DNA from: Haliotis rufescens
Taxonomy: Eukaryota
Reading direction: 5' to 3'
Assembly: GCF_023055435.1 (NCBI RefSeq)
Contig: NW_025964334.1
Location: 5,704,001-5,768,000 of the forward strand
Length of the DNA stretch: 64,000 nt
The notes below the pieces were generated by a model. The model saw only the letters and a program-made list of their open reading frames with translations. It was not told the origin of the DNA and did not search any database. Shown here piece after piece: positions 51,013 through 63,594 of this stretch; position 1 is the first letter of the stretch; the number at the start of each line of letters is the position of its first letter. Position numbers and translations under genes: made by a program.

Positions 51013-51321
51013 TGACATGGTTTGAATTATATTCCAAACAAATATATAATCACAAGTGAACTACAGATTAACCCTTATGAGTATGTGTTTAGTCCCCTGG
51101 TTCGATTTATAATTTCTGATTGACATTATGCATTAAACTTTTCCCTTAAAAAATCAAGTTGTCAATTACACATCTCATCAGTCACATTTAAAATGTCAGT
51201 TCAGATATGAAAGGCCATGTTCAGCAACCAAACAGCTGATTACATCTTCTCCCAAATCAATGTTTTCTGTAATCCGTGAAAGGCGTAGTTAGTTTAGACA
51301 TGAGACTGAGCATCAAAAGTT

Positions 51322-51772
51322 CAGGGGTTGATTTAACTGCTGGTCCATTGGCTACTTAAAATTACAAAGAGCTTGCTGTAACGTAAAGTAGATGGCCCAT
51401 CTGGCCAGTCAAAATTTCACTCCTTCTCCGTGTATGTTCAATATTTTTAATTTGATCATCTCGGTAGAATGACAACCGGTCGTTATGTTGTAATGTTGTG
51501 TACAACAACATCTTTGTTTGCGCATAAATGTCTACAAAATTAGGCATATGGAAGCCAAGATTTAATCTCAGAATGCAGGAAAAAACATTTTATGGGGGAG
51601 GAGTTCTTAAATATTCAGAGTCCTGCCAGGTGGCTACATGACCTCAGGTCGGGCCACTCCGCAAGCTTCCACCATTTAGTTGATGGCCAGTCAGTTTGGA
51701 AAAGGGCTAGTAACTTTTAAACGGAGCAAGTCCTGATAGCTACATACAAATGCGTTGTTAAATCTACCCCTG
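51322..51772. mobile_element. MITE family L
   Basis: TIR caggggttgatttaac / gttaaatctacccctg. Confidence 0.8.
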
Positions 51773-52290
51773 TGAAAATCTGATTTCTACAACCCATGAC
51801 ATCACACTTGGCCATATCGTGTGACAGCATGAGTGACAGGCATGACGATATCGAGCCCAAGTCATGTGGTGACGTCTACACCACCTATTCAAACGTTCAG
51901 AATTGATTACAGCAAATCGATGTAAAGTGACATGCTTTGTCAGATCACATTGCACTGTATTGACTATGGTGCTGAAACGCACGCCGCCATTACGCCACGG
52001 GAGTACGCAGCATGTGCACTGATACGGATAACACAAATTGATCAGTCCGCTCTACTGAATTAGACACTGCATGACTGCCCTGTCCAGTTTATAACTCAAC
52101 ACACTTTGAAAGATGTTCCTGATTATGGAAACTGACATCAGTGACTTGAACCTTAAAGAGGGAGAAGTCAATCTGTTCAAAGAACTTTTTGATTAGAAGG
52201 TGATGGATGAATATATGTGACGCATATACCATGAATTCACTGGACACAATCTCTGGCTCTGAACAACAATTCTTAAATGCATAGCAAGTT

Positions 52291-52649
52291 CAGCGGGAGA
52301 AACTAACATTTTTAGTCCACTAAGCCCTATAATGATAACAAAAAGAAAAACCCTAAAAAATGGCAGATTTCTAATGGTCCTTATGATACCTTAACTATTG
52401 GGCAGTTTGGCAAGGACTAAAGCACTAGTGCCAATTTCTGATGCTGGCAATGGTCAGGTGATCTTGGTGTTCCACTTCTAGGATGCAAAATCTTAAACTT
52501 ATACACATTTGATTTCATATTTTAGTTTTTAAATCATCAGGGATTTATCTGGACCTGCTCAGAGGCCAATATCTGGCCCTAAGTCTGCAGCAAATGTCAG
52601 AATATAAATTACAAGTCCCAATTCATGTCAATAAGTAATATGTGTGATG
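52291..52649. repeat. MITE E plus about 200-bp flank, duplicated from 26364-27001
   Basis: Continuous similarity, lacking the family B insert. Confidence 0.9.
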
Positions 52650-53493
52650 GGTTGGTCAAGGCAACTTGTGTTTCACAGGCCACAAGGACCAAGACTACAG
52701 GCCCAGAGGAAGCAGCTCTAATGCATAATTTAACATTATTGCATGAAATGAAAAGTTAAAATACAATGTCAAGAAAATGAAAATAAGAATAAGAATGTGA
52801 GGCAAATCATATTTATGAACAAACAAAAATCTCAATTTGCCTGTAACAAACTTTGTTTGGAATCCTAGATATATCCCTGATAATTTCCTGACACTGAAAC
52901 TTATTTCTATCATTGTGAATACGGAAGTTACTATTTTAAGGCGACATTAAGTGATACATTTGCAATATTCCAATCAGACACTTCAGTGAGAAACATGTAG
53001 GTAACTTGCCACAGGCAAACACGAAGAAGATGAATGTTAAAATGAAAAATAGAAACGCATAGATGTGATCGAACTCAGCCACCGCCTCAGGCACTTATTG
53101 TGAACTAGAATCATCAAACCTAGAATAGCATTGTCATTGTTTGGCTAGTGCCTTGAGCAGCAGATGCACTACAGCTGTATAGCATCCATCCTTGCTGTCC
53201 TAGCAACATGGAAGAGAAGACACATGATCTTGTCCACATAATTTGCTTGCTTGTTTGACACCTAACTCATAAAAAGCGTATGTACCAGACAATCCAGTGC
53301 TTGATATTACGAGCAACAACGCCCCATGCTGTCTGGGCAGGGTGGCACACTATCAACAAATCACAGAGCCTGAAAAACTGATCCATCAGAAGCCTTTTAC
53401 GACCAGCATAGGCGGCTGTGGACTATTTCTGATCTGGAATCCCAACAGGGACTGGCGATGAATAATTCAATATGTCTGTATATATAGAGATGA

Positions 53494-53833
53494 GTGAGTG
53501 AGTGAGTGAGTGAGTGAGTGAGTGAGTGAGTGAGTGAGTGAGTGAGTGAGTGAGTGAGTGAGTGAGTGAGTGAGTTGGGTTGGGTTTATCGCCGCTTTTA
53601 ACAGTATTCCAGTTATACCACGGCATGTCAGCTTAATGTGGGAGGAAAGCCCAAAGTGATGCAGGTCTCAGACATTTACGACTTCGGTGAAACCCACAAG
53701 CACAGGTATGGTGCTGACGAACAGAAACAAACCAGGATTTGAACCCACAATCATAGGTTTCTGGCATGCCCAAGGGACACAACTCTGCACAGTGAACTGT
53801 GGCGCCTTAGACGACTGGGCCACCTGGGCCCCC
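53494..53833 (-). mobile_element. SINE family C with an expanded (TCAC)n tail
   Basis: TSD tatatagagatga/catatggagatga. Confidence 0.9.
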
Positions 53834-55112
53834 TCATATGGAGATGACTAAGTGTCAGCATATATACACCACAGGTCTCTTTAGTTATTCCACAGGTACT
53901 CCAACATTATAGTACATATCGAATGGTGAATTATCACAGAGATGCAACAGAATAAATATATACCGAGCTTTATGGAAAAATAACTGTACAGTGATAGAAC
54001 AGTCATGAAGTCACAAACAAAGTGCTTTTTATGTTGCATTATGAGGGTTACTATTAACCATCACCTTATGAATGTTGATAACACAAGAGTTAAGTGAAAA
54101 GATCCATACCAAAACTAACACGACCTCACGGTCCCAACAAATGCGTTGACATTCACGCGAGAAATATTAGAATCAGAAGGGCATTAGCTCATTTGACGGG
54201 AGATAACGCTGGACATGATACAAAAACAGAATATCACGTTCTAGTCACATGAAACCTAAAGAACACAGTGTGTAAGATGAGCTCATGAACACATTCAGAC
54301 ACAAGTGAATCAGACACAAGTGAAGAAACAAGACAATGTAGCGGAATGTTTCTGTGCAACTTTTCAAATCATACTGTCACAAGCGAGAGTGAGTGAGTGA
54401 GTGAGTGAGTGAGTGAGTGAATGAATGAATGAGTGAGTTAGTGAGTTAGTTTCTCTTAAATTTATCACTTTGGTCAAACCCGTGAACATGAAGATGGTGC
54501 TGACAAACCTAGAATCTAAAATCATATCTCATGTTCTGACTCAAACTGTGTTGTGTACCCACTGCACTGATATTTTAATACAAAAATGATAAGCCAAGTC
54601 TGCTTGGAATACAACCAGAACCCGTGCAATTCCCCCAAAGCATCCACCAGTCTATCAGAGACATCTTTCTACATTCATCTTCAAACATCCTTCATATACT
54701 CAGATGAATTATTCACTGCTCTACAATCATCATTAGGTGCTTTTCAAAGGTAAACAAAACAGCGGGCTGAACGGTATGATTAAAGTCTTAAGGTCAGAAA
54801 TATTCCTTCTAAATATCTTAACAACAGTTATACAAAGGATATAAAACATGGAGAAAAAAATATCTTCCATTCCACAGTGGCATTACACATTTCTTACAAC
54901 ATACAATACTCCAAAAACAATTTCAGAGAACAGACACTGCAAGTACTCCAGGGTCAAATCTACACTACCAAAAAATGAACATCTGATAGTCCCTGAACAC
55001 GGCCATGTCATAGCTGACCTGGTAACCAAACCGCCAACACTCACTGAATAGAGGCAGTGACTGTAGCGAGAAACGTGCTATATGATCCACTATGGACCCA
55101 CACAAGCTTTAC

Positions 55113-55169
55113 CTTCGTTTTCAGAAAATCAAAACAAGAATGCATTTTCCCATGGTTGGTGTATATCAT
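55113..55169 (-). other. Candidate alternative first exon (MIYTNHGKMHSCFDFLKTK), phase 0
   Basis: Strong donor AAG|gtaaag, two in-frame ATGs with A at -3, upstream in-frame TGA, locally CpG-retaining unique DNA. In frame with the open 15-nt leader of the 49221 exon. Confidence 0.35.
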
Positions 55170-56250
55170 CCTCCACTGCGGTCATGGTGGTGACCCATTC
55201 AGTATCCATCCTCTCTCCTTCACGTCTACCTCTAGTCCGCATCACCACATAACTAATTTCACAGTCACAACCGCTGGCCACCTCAAACAAAACACCCTAC
55301 AATTAATTCTTTTGTCAACTTGTCGCAAAGAATCCACCCATCACGGCAGCTGGAGCTCGCCTGAAGGGCAGTCTCACGTTAACCCAATAAACCAGTCGTT
55401 ATTCGCTTTCATAGGCTTTCATAGGCCCACTACTTGCACGGAATCTTTCACTTGTAACCTATATGTATTGGAAATTCAATACAGTAGAGCAGATAACGAC
55501 AGTATGGCTCAGGTACTACTAATGCCAGGAAGGATCTGCGTGAGCTGCTTAACAAGAGCAGCAATGCTGTATCTATAATGTGAATACCTGCGACTTGATG
55601 TCACCATCCATCACAGCAAACCACACCAGATACCTGAGGAGAAACCCCTGTGGCTTGTAGCAGGGGGCAGCTGAAAGTCACACAGGGCTCCCTGAGGACC
55701 ACGGGAGATCACAGGAGACCACAGGAGACCACAGCGGTGGATATATGGTGTAGCACCACCGCCCAAATTACCTGATAAAACACTTGAAGCCCTGCAAGAA
55801 TGTTGGCCCGTGGAGAGCCAGCCCTGGGATGTCGGAGGGACGCCTATATACCACTGTTTGATACAACAACACACACGCTGTCCTGACAGAAATACATAAA
55901 CTCTCTGGTCACTCCTACTAATTATTCGATATGCTTTCATTTCATGTTGTTTGTTTTTGTTGTTGTTTGAAACAACTAATATTGATGTCCATTGTCACTA
56001 TGTTGGTCAGTGGAGTTGAGTCAACAATGGTCAACATTTCCAGGATTCTGTCAACAACCAAATCTCCTGGATAATCTCCTAGTTCCAACAGCCTTGTGTG
56101 CATTTGAACTCCACAAAGTCTGGTACATTGTTGCTGTCTGTGAAACAAACATCCACAACAGAGGCTAGGGGTGCGCAATAAAACTGGTATACCGCCACAG
56201 TGCAATAAGACCGTCAGCAATACACGTATCGAAATACAACCCTTGCATAT

Positions 56251-56411
56251 CAGTGATAGAAACTAACAGTTTTAGTCCACTAGTGATTATAATAATAACA
56301 AAACAATATAGCAAAACCCTTAGAAAGGACAAATTTTAACTAGCCCTCATAATACCTTAACTATTGGGCAAATGACAAGGACCATAGAATTTGTGCCAAT
56401 TTCTAATGCTG
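56251..56411. mobile_element. MITE family E
   Basis: Perfect 5-bp TSD catat; appears nested in an older TAGGG-ended element (about 56166-56769). Confidence 0.88.
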
Positions 56412-57336
56412 CATATTGATATTTTACAATAGTCACAGAAGAATTAAAAAATAATTATATAAATGGTATCTACTATCTTGAGGCATTTTGATCATGTTGA
56501 TGGACTGGGTTCCTATCTAAACCATGTAAACAGCACACCATTTACATAACATTCCATATTGATGACGTAATAGGTGGTCTCGTTTATCCATACCACCCAT
56601 CTCGCAATCTGAAGTCTGGATTATTGAATGAAGAAGTACCGTTTGAACAGTACAAATATATATTATTTGGGCCCAAATACATATTGCAATATGTATTGCA
56701 ATACAGCTCTCCGTATTGTGAAATATTGCAATACAAGTTTATGGGCCAATATGCCATATGCCAATCCTAACCATGCTACCGACCTCAACATTAATCAGAA
56801 AGAAAGTGATATTCATAGTTTTGTCTATAAGGCTTACAGTACAACATCTGAAGCATTTAAGGCGCCAGGTAGCAGTGAATATCACATGTTATATCAAGCT
56901 ACAAATTATTTGAAAATGACAGTAAGTGATGTAAGACTTAAGATAAGCAATGAGTCAGGTCTTGTTTTTGTACCTGCAATCACACGATCATTACATTAAT
57001 TCCTTGTTAACCTTTTCACAAAATGCGTAACATCTTCCTAAGTTTTTACTTAAAACACATTAACCAGTATCCCTCTAGCCTTCAATAACAGATTTTACGC
57101 TTCATGTATGACAAATTTAACATTTTTACTTTCACTTGGGCTCTTGGGAGTTTAAATTGAGTAGTACTATCGCAAATACAGTCAAACACGGATATAACAA
57201 ACACAGATAGAGATAACAAATGGATACAAGCTTATACAAAATCCCCATATTTCCCATATATATTATCACATAAAATTTACGTACATAACAAACTCTCTAC
57301 AGCGAACTAACGTATATATAGCGAACTGATATCTCA

Positions 57337-58340
57337 TCCCTACGCCCCTCTACTACGTGTGACCTGGCAGTGTTGTCATCAATATCAACATATCCTACAC
57401 CGCTTTAGTATGCCCCTCTACTACATGTGACCTGGCAGTGTTGTCATCAATACCAACATATCCTACACAGCTCTACTATGTGTGACCTGGCAGTGTTGTC
57501 ATCAATACCAACATATCCTACACAGCTCTACTACGTGTGATCTGGCAGTGTTGTCATCAATACCAACATATCCTACACCCCTCTACTACACCATTCTACT
57601 ACGTGTCACCTGGCAGTGTTGTCATCAATACCAACATATCCTACACCGCTCTACTACACCCCTCTACTACGCCCCTCTACTACGTGTCACCTGGCAGTGT
57701 TGTCATCAATACCAACATATCCTACACCCCTCTACTACGCCCCTCTACTACATGCGACCTGGCAGTGTTGTCATCAATACCAACATATCCTACACCGCTC
57801 TACTACACCCCTCTACTACGCCATTCTACTACATGTGACCTGGCAGTGTTGTTATCAATACCAACATATCCTACACAGCTCTACTAAGCCATTCTACTAT
57901 GTGTGACCTGGCAGTGTTGTCATCAATACCAACATATCCTACACCCCTCTACTACGCCCCTCTACTACGTGTCACCTGGCAGTGTTGTCATCAATACCAA
58001 CATATCCTACACCGCTCTACTAAGCCATTCTACTATGTGTGACCTGGCAGTGTTGTCATCAATACCAACATATCCTACACCCCTCTACTACGCCCCATCT
58101 ACTATGTGTGACCTGGCAGTGTTGTCATTAATACCATCATATCCTACACCCCTATACTACGCCCCTCAACTACGTGTCACCTGGCAGTGTTGTCATCAAT
58201 ACCAACATATCCTACACCGCTCTACTACGCCCCATCTACTATGTGTGACCTGGCAGTGTTGTCATCAATACCAACATATCCTACACAGCTCTACTACACC
58301 CCTCTACTACGCCCCTCTTCTACGTGTCACCTGGCAGTGT
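57337..58340. repeat. Compound minisatellite (about 43-bp core plus 1-3 subunits of about 13 bp), about 15 units
   Basis: Core gtgacctggcagtgttgtcatcaataccaacatatcctacac followed by a variable number of ctctactac units. Confidence 0.95.
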
Positions 58341-59229
58341 AAGTTGTACAAACGGTCCTTCTGTCGGTCTTATTGCAATATGGATGCATACCAAGATGTC
58401 CTATGAATGATTCATCTTACTACCAGGTTTACTTCCTGTTGAAGCCACGACAAAGACCAGGGATCTTTTGTTGCTATGGTGATTAACAAGCCTCACAAAC
58501 ACTGATGCCCAATAGATTGCATAATCACTGTGACACGATATCCAAGTGAAATTGATTGCAAACATTTATGCATTGAGAAGATCAAGCAGCAAAGCCATCT
58601 CCTACTCTCCATCCAACTGAAATGATTTGACGCGACAAAATGGCTGCATGCAGCTGCTCAATAAAACATGACCTACAGGAAAATCGGGAATCCAAACACA
58701 AAGATTACAACGCAAAGACCTTCCTTGAACTTGTTTTATTGGAACAATCAGGAAACAACAGTTCATCCGCTACACATACACAACAATTTTGCCAAAAATA
58801 GTGAGTGTGTGAAAAGTCTATAAAACCAGGATGGTAATTTATAACAACTAACCTCACAATCAACTTGAAAGGCTTGAAACTACCATTTTCCGTCACAAAT
58901 AAGAAAGGACAATAGGACTAGTGCCAATTTCTAACACTGAAAATTACTGAGCTTAGTGTAAACATACCATCCAGTGGTTGATATCATGAGCAGATTTACC
59001 TGGTGTTGCCATGAGGCGACACTTAAACCCCCAATTCTTATCAAGTTTGGTGGTACTGCCTGTAATACATATCTATACAAAGTGTGTAAAAACCATGTCT
59101 GACTGTTGCTAAGTATCAAGATGAACCCACAAATATTCCATTTATCTACTTAAGTTTCTTGACAACAACACTCTCGAGACTTCAACCAATGTCTCATGTA
59201 ACCGATAAGCAAAAACACATGCATTATAG

Positions 59230-59616
59230 TAGACTTACACAAGTCTCTAAGGCAATAATTATTAGTTTATAATATCTAGATGATGTAAATAAAAAGAACA
59301 AGTTGTCCCTGTGAGAGATTGGAGTCCTTACTGTCCACACAGAGTACACTACAGTTATAACGAACTCAACCACCGTCATATAGCTGGAATATTGCAGAGT
59401 GTGGAGTTAAACAACGAACAAACAAATTGTTATAAGGATACATAAGCATATATACAGCAAATGGCCGGGACTCAAAAAAGTTTGTTATATCGGTCAATTC
59501 GTTATAAATGTGTTGGTCATCAACGTAATTTTATGTATCTAGACTTGTCTATTAGGAGGATAGAATTACTACATACCCATGGACTTTTCTTTCAGTACAG
59601 CCTTGGAGCAAGGCTA
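59230..59616. mobile_element. Family H with a nested Tigger-like MITE (about 59340-59536) that contains a family B tail
   Basis: 9-bp flanks gcattatag/ccatcatag; H is split at ctgtccaca|..|tatctagac. Confidence 0.75.
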
Positions 59617-59640
59617 CCATCATAGCTGCAAACAATGTTC

Positions 59641-59903
59641 TTGTTTGTTTGTTTGTTGTTGTTTAACGCCACACTCAGCAATATTCCAGCTATATGACGG
59701 CGGTCTGTATATAATCGAGGCTGGACCAGACAATCCCGTGATTGATATCATGAGCATCTATCCACGCATTTTGGATATGATGACATGCATCAACCAAGTC
59801 AGCGAGCCTGACCACCATTCACTCGCCTCTTACGACAAGCAGTCACCTTTTACGGCAAGCATGAGTTGCTGAAGTTCTATTCTACCCCGGATCTTCACGG
59901 GTC
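59641..59903 (-). mobile_element. Retroposon family B, full length
   Basis: TSD gcaaacaatgttc/gaaaacaatattc. Confidence 0.92.
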
Positions 59904-60526
59904 GAAAACAATATTCACCAAGGGATTCAACAGCATGATGAAACAAAGAAGTCGCATACCTGCACCAGTTCTAGTGGGGTAGTCCTGCATGTGTGAAAAC
60001 ACCAGGTAGAGTGGTGCCAGTGCTGTAGCTCAACATGTCAAGCAGTGGGGGGAGATTGAGCCTTATGTCACAGACACTGTTTCTGCACTGTACATTATCG
60101 GAACTAACGTAAGGGTAAGTACACACACGACCAGCTTGGCCACCTCGCGCTCCTCAATCATACTGAAGTACTGCTGATAAGCAACTGTAGTCAAATCTTT
60201 TAAGCATTTCTCAAGTTAAATAATATGCGCTGATAAGAATTAAAAGCCTTGTAACATTAGAAGGTAGTTTAAACATATCATGTATCTAGGGAAGGGCGTC
60301 TTGTATCAGGTAATGTGTGTAACAGCCACCATAACACGTGGATATTTCTTGTTAGTTTTGTTCAAGGCTGATACTGCTAATACATCCACTGTAAAAAATT
60401 CTCAAACTTTTGTCGTGAATGGCGTCCCATAAGCTGCCTGTGAATGAATGAATGATGTTTTAATGATGCAGACAGCAATGTTGAAGCTATATCACATGGC
60501 TTGTTAATAATCGAGTATGGTCCAGA

Positions 60527-60692
60527 GTGAGTGAGTGAGTATGGTTTTACGCTGCTTTTAGCAATATTCCAGCAATATCATGGCAGAAGACACCAGAAAT
60601 GGGCTTCACACATTGTACCCATGTCGAGAATCGAACCCGGGTCTTTGCCGTGACGAGCGAACGCTTTAACCAGTAGGATACCCGACAGCCCC
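60527..60692 (-). mobile_element. SINE family A inserted in an old family B relic
   Basis: TSD agtatggtccaga/aatatgggccaga. Confidence 0.9.
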
Positions 60693-60787
60693 AATATGGG
60701 CCAGATGAACATGTGACTGATACCATGAACAACTCCACATCAGGGGGGTCACATGCATCAATCAAGCAATCTAAATTCTAATCTCAG

Positions 60788-61000
60788 AGTGCCATTGTAG
60801 AAAACAGCCTTAGCACAACGACTGTCATAAGTCTATGTTAAGGTATCGGAGTTACGATCACCATAGCGCTGATATCCCTTTGTACAATGGCAACCAGGGC
60901 CCACTTGCAGAAAGCAATCTCAGCACTTTGATGATACTCCCTTACTTTAACATAGGCTTACGATAGTCTTAGTGCTAAGATGGCTTTGTGTAACTGGGCC
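60788..61000. mobile_element. Two family G MITEs in inverted tandem
   Basis: cag-[60788-60894]-cag-[60898-61000]-cag. Confidence 0.8.
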
Positions 61001-61634
61001 CAGATCTTATACTCTCATACAATATCTGGTTTTGTAAAGATCAAACAACATCCATTGAAAATCGCATCAGGTTAACTCTGAGTGAACTTTGACCACCCAA
61101 TGAAAGTAAAGGATGCATGGGTTCTTGAGCAAATCAGATGTCAGTATTCTAAAACAATTTGGCTTCATCTCTCTACCACCTTGATTCAGAATTTGGATCT
61201 TCGCAAAAGAACATAAATATACCCTCCATAGTACACACGTTTGAGTGGCGAGTGACACTGTGATTCAGTTGTATTTGCCAGTACCAACTAAAAATAAATA
61301 TAATGTCCTTATATGAAAGACACACAATATAACCAAATGCCAAAATCTACCCTGTTATACTTCCATCTCTGTTGCTTGTACTACTATTTGGAGTCCTATA
61401 GCCTGTATAGGACACATGATTTATTTTGTCTGCATCCAAATATATCTTTAGTGTCACATACTCACACAAACATTCAAGCTATACTAATGCTGAATGTCAG
61501 TACCTTAAAACACAAAAGCATGCTCCACAAGACTAGTGAAGCAATCTACACGAGTATTTCCAATTACTGTACCTAACGGTCAAACTAGTCAAGACAGCTG
61601 GTTTTCAGCCAGTTACTGATTATTCATTTGATGA

Positions 61635-61877
61635 GACCTGGAAGATCCGGGCTAAAATAGGTCTTCAGCAACCCATGCTTGTCATAATAGGCGACCGACG
61701 GGATCGGGTGGTCAGGCTCGCTGACATGGTTATGCATCTCATCATATCCCAATTGTGTAGATTGATGCTCATGATGTCAATCACTTATTTGTCTGGTCCA
61801 GAGTCAATTATTTACAGACCGCTGTCATACAGCTGAATATTGCAGCGCGCAGTGTTAAACAACAAACAAACAAAACA
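61635..61877 (+). mobile_element. Retroposon family B (single-hairpin subtype)
   Basis: Full length, degenerate 14-bp TSD tattcatttgatga/tattagcttgatga, followed by (GAT)n. Confidence 0.9.
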
Positions 61878-61884
61878 TATTAGC

Positions 61885-61915
<31 letters not shown>

Positions 61916-62029
61916 CATTAAACAATAAACAAACAAACATCATGTGATGAACAGAGCTTTCTTCATTCACCTTTTATTAATAACTGACCAACCAAGTTGA
62001 GCTTCATCTGTCTGCTGCCCATTATTGTG

Positions 62030-62510
62030 ATCGGTACGGACACACGCCCCACACAGAAGTATAACAAAACTGTCCACAGTGCTAAACATTATAATTAGCT
62101 TGAGAGGTACTGATAGCCCAGCAGGGTAGACAGGCACGGGTAGGCTGACATGATCCCTGCACTTGAAACCTGCCATTACCATTCAAACACTCTCGGGCGA
62201 CGGTGAAAGAGAACCTGCATTAACAATTGAAGGAGTCGGTCTGTACAGCAAACAGAGTAACAAGGCTGAGTCACTGCCGGTTCTAGTATTGTAAGTTGTA
62301 AGGACAAGAACCACGTGTGAAATGAAAGCGTCACGACACACGAGTCCCCTGCAGCACAGATTGATGTGAACACAAAACAATCACGATCACAGTCACACCT
62401 ACAGTCAACAGTAGTGACTGTATTGTCCTACACACACGTAAAACATTGCCCATTCACATGTCGACATTAGCATTATGTCGGGCAAAAATAGCACTATCAG
62501 CACGATCAGG
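62030..62510 (-). promoter_or_regulatory. CpG-retaining unique region; candidate promoter/first exon with donor ATG|gtaatg at 62180
   Basis: Visibly more CG dinucleotides than the surrounding DNA, no recognisable repeat, and a donor-like site upstream of the first coding exon, which needs an upstream exon. Confidence 0.35.
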
Positions 62511-63225
62511 CAATGATAACAAAACAATGTCCCCAATTAGGGAGTACTGGCGTTTTTTAGGTCTCCTATGGTATTTGAATCCAGGAGAAAATAAATCTTT
62601 AACTTGTAACATTAGGGTTATGACGAGGATCCTCTGATTTTTATGGCCCACCTGGGGAATCTGGGGTTGAAAAGGGTATTAACAACCTCAATGAAAGGGG
62701 AAGAGGCAAACTTTCTGAATTACAACAGCATGCTTACGACCTAGTTGATGGTGAAATGTCATCCCGAGGGTTCAAAGTATTCTTCTTGATAGCGCATTTA
62801 AATTCCAAAGGGCACCTGTAATCATCTTTAGGAATGCCCTGTGGCACCCTTGAATAAACCTACTACTTTTCTATCCTTGTGTAGTCATCATCTATGTCGC
62901 CATCACTTCCTTGACATGATTGAAGATTCCATATAAATATTGGGAAACACTTCTCTACATTAACATGTTTACTACTCAATTTCAAATATTACTATATGAA
63001 AAAAAAAATGTCTGAAAACTTAACCATATATTAAAAAAAAAATTGCCAGACAACAATGGCACAAGGACATTTTAATGATTTTTTTTAGTCATTACCAAAC
63101 ATAAAAGATATCTTCAGGGTCATGGGTCATGGTCCACAAACGATCTTAGCGCTATGACTGTCGTAAGTCTATGTTTAAGTAGGGGAGTTACAATCTTCAA
63201 AGCGCTACTGCTAAGAACGCTCAGT

Positions 63226-63357
63226 NNNNNNNNNNNNNNNNNNNNNNNNNNNNNNNNNNNNNNNNNNNNNNNNNNNNNNNNNNNNNNNNNNNNNNNNNNN
63301 NNNNNNNNNNNNNNNNNNNNNNNNNNNNNNNNNNNNNNNNNNNNNNNNNNNNNNNNN
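63226..63357. other. Assembly gap (132 N)
   Basis: N run between a G MITE and a SINE D. Confidence 1.
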
Positions 63358-63594
63358 ACTGATGCTGATTTATAGTGATAGCTCACTGAGATACCATGCC
63401 GCAGTTTAACATGAATACCCCACTCAGACACAGTATACTGACTCCGAGCCGGCCAGTCCTTGTTTTAGCCCCTTAATGCCGAGCGCCAGGCAGGGTAACA
63501 ACAAGTACCATCTTTTAACGTCTTTTGGTATGACTCGAACTCCGGACCTTCTGCTCTCCGGGCGGACGCTCTACCACTAGACCACGGAGGGGTC
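63358..63594 (-). mobile_element. SINE family D (tail lost in the gap)
   Basis: Near-identical to about 22510-22756. Confidence 0.9.

Noticed and set aside
57337-58406. CRISPR-like repeat/spacer pattern and several long ORFs
   Set aside because: The spacers are themselves repeats of one subunit of about 13 bp, the context is a eukaryotic intron, and there are no cas genes.
59860-59910. Hammerhead ribozyme on the antisense of family B (CTGAAGA..GAAA)
   Set aside because: The GAAA comes from the flank of one copy only and the required stems are absent.
59960-60180. Donor CAG|gtatgc and short minus-strand ORFs as an upstream coding exon
   Set aside because: No ATG-initiated frame compatible with the downstream exon phases; it could only be non-coding, with no other support.
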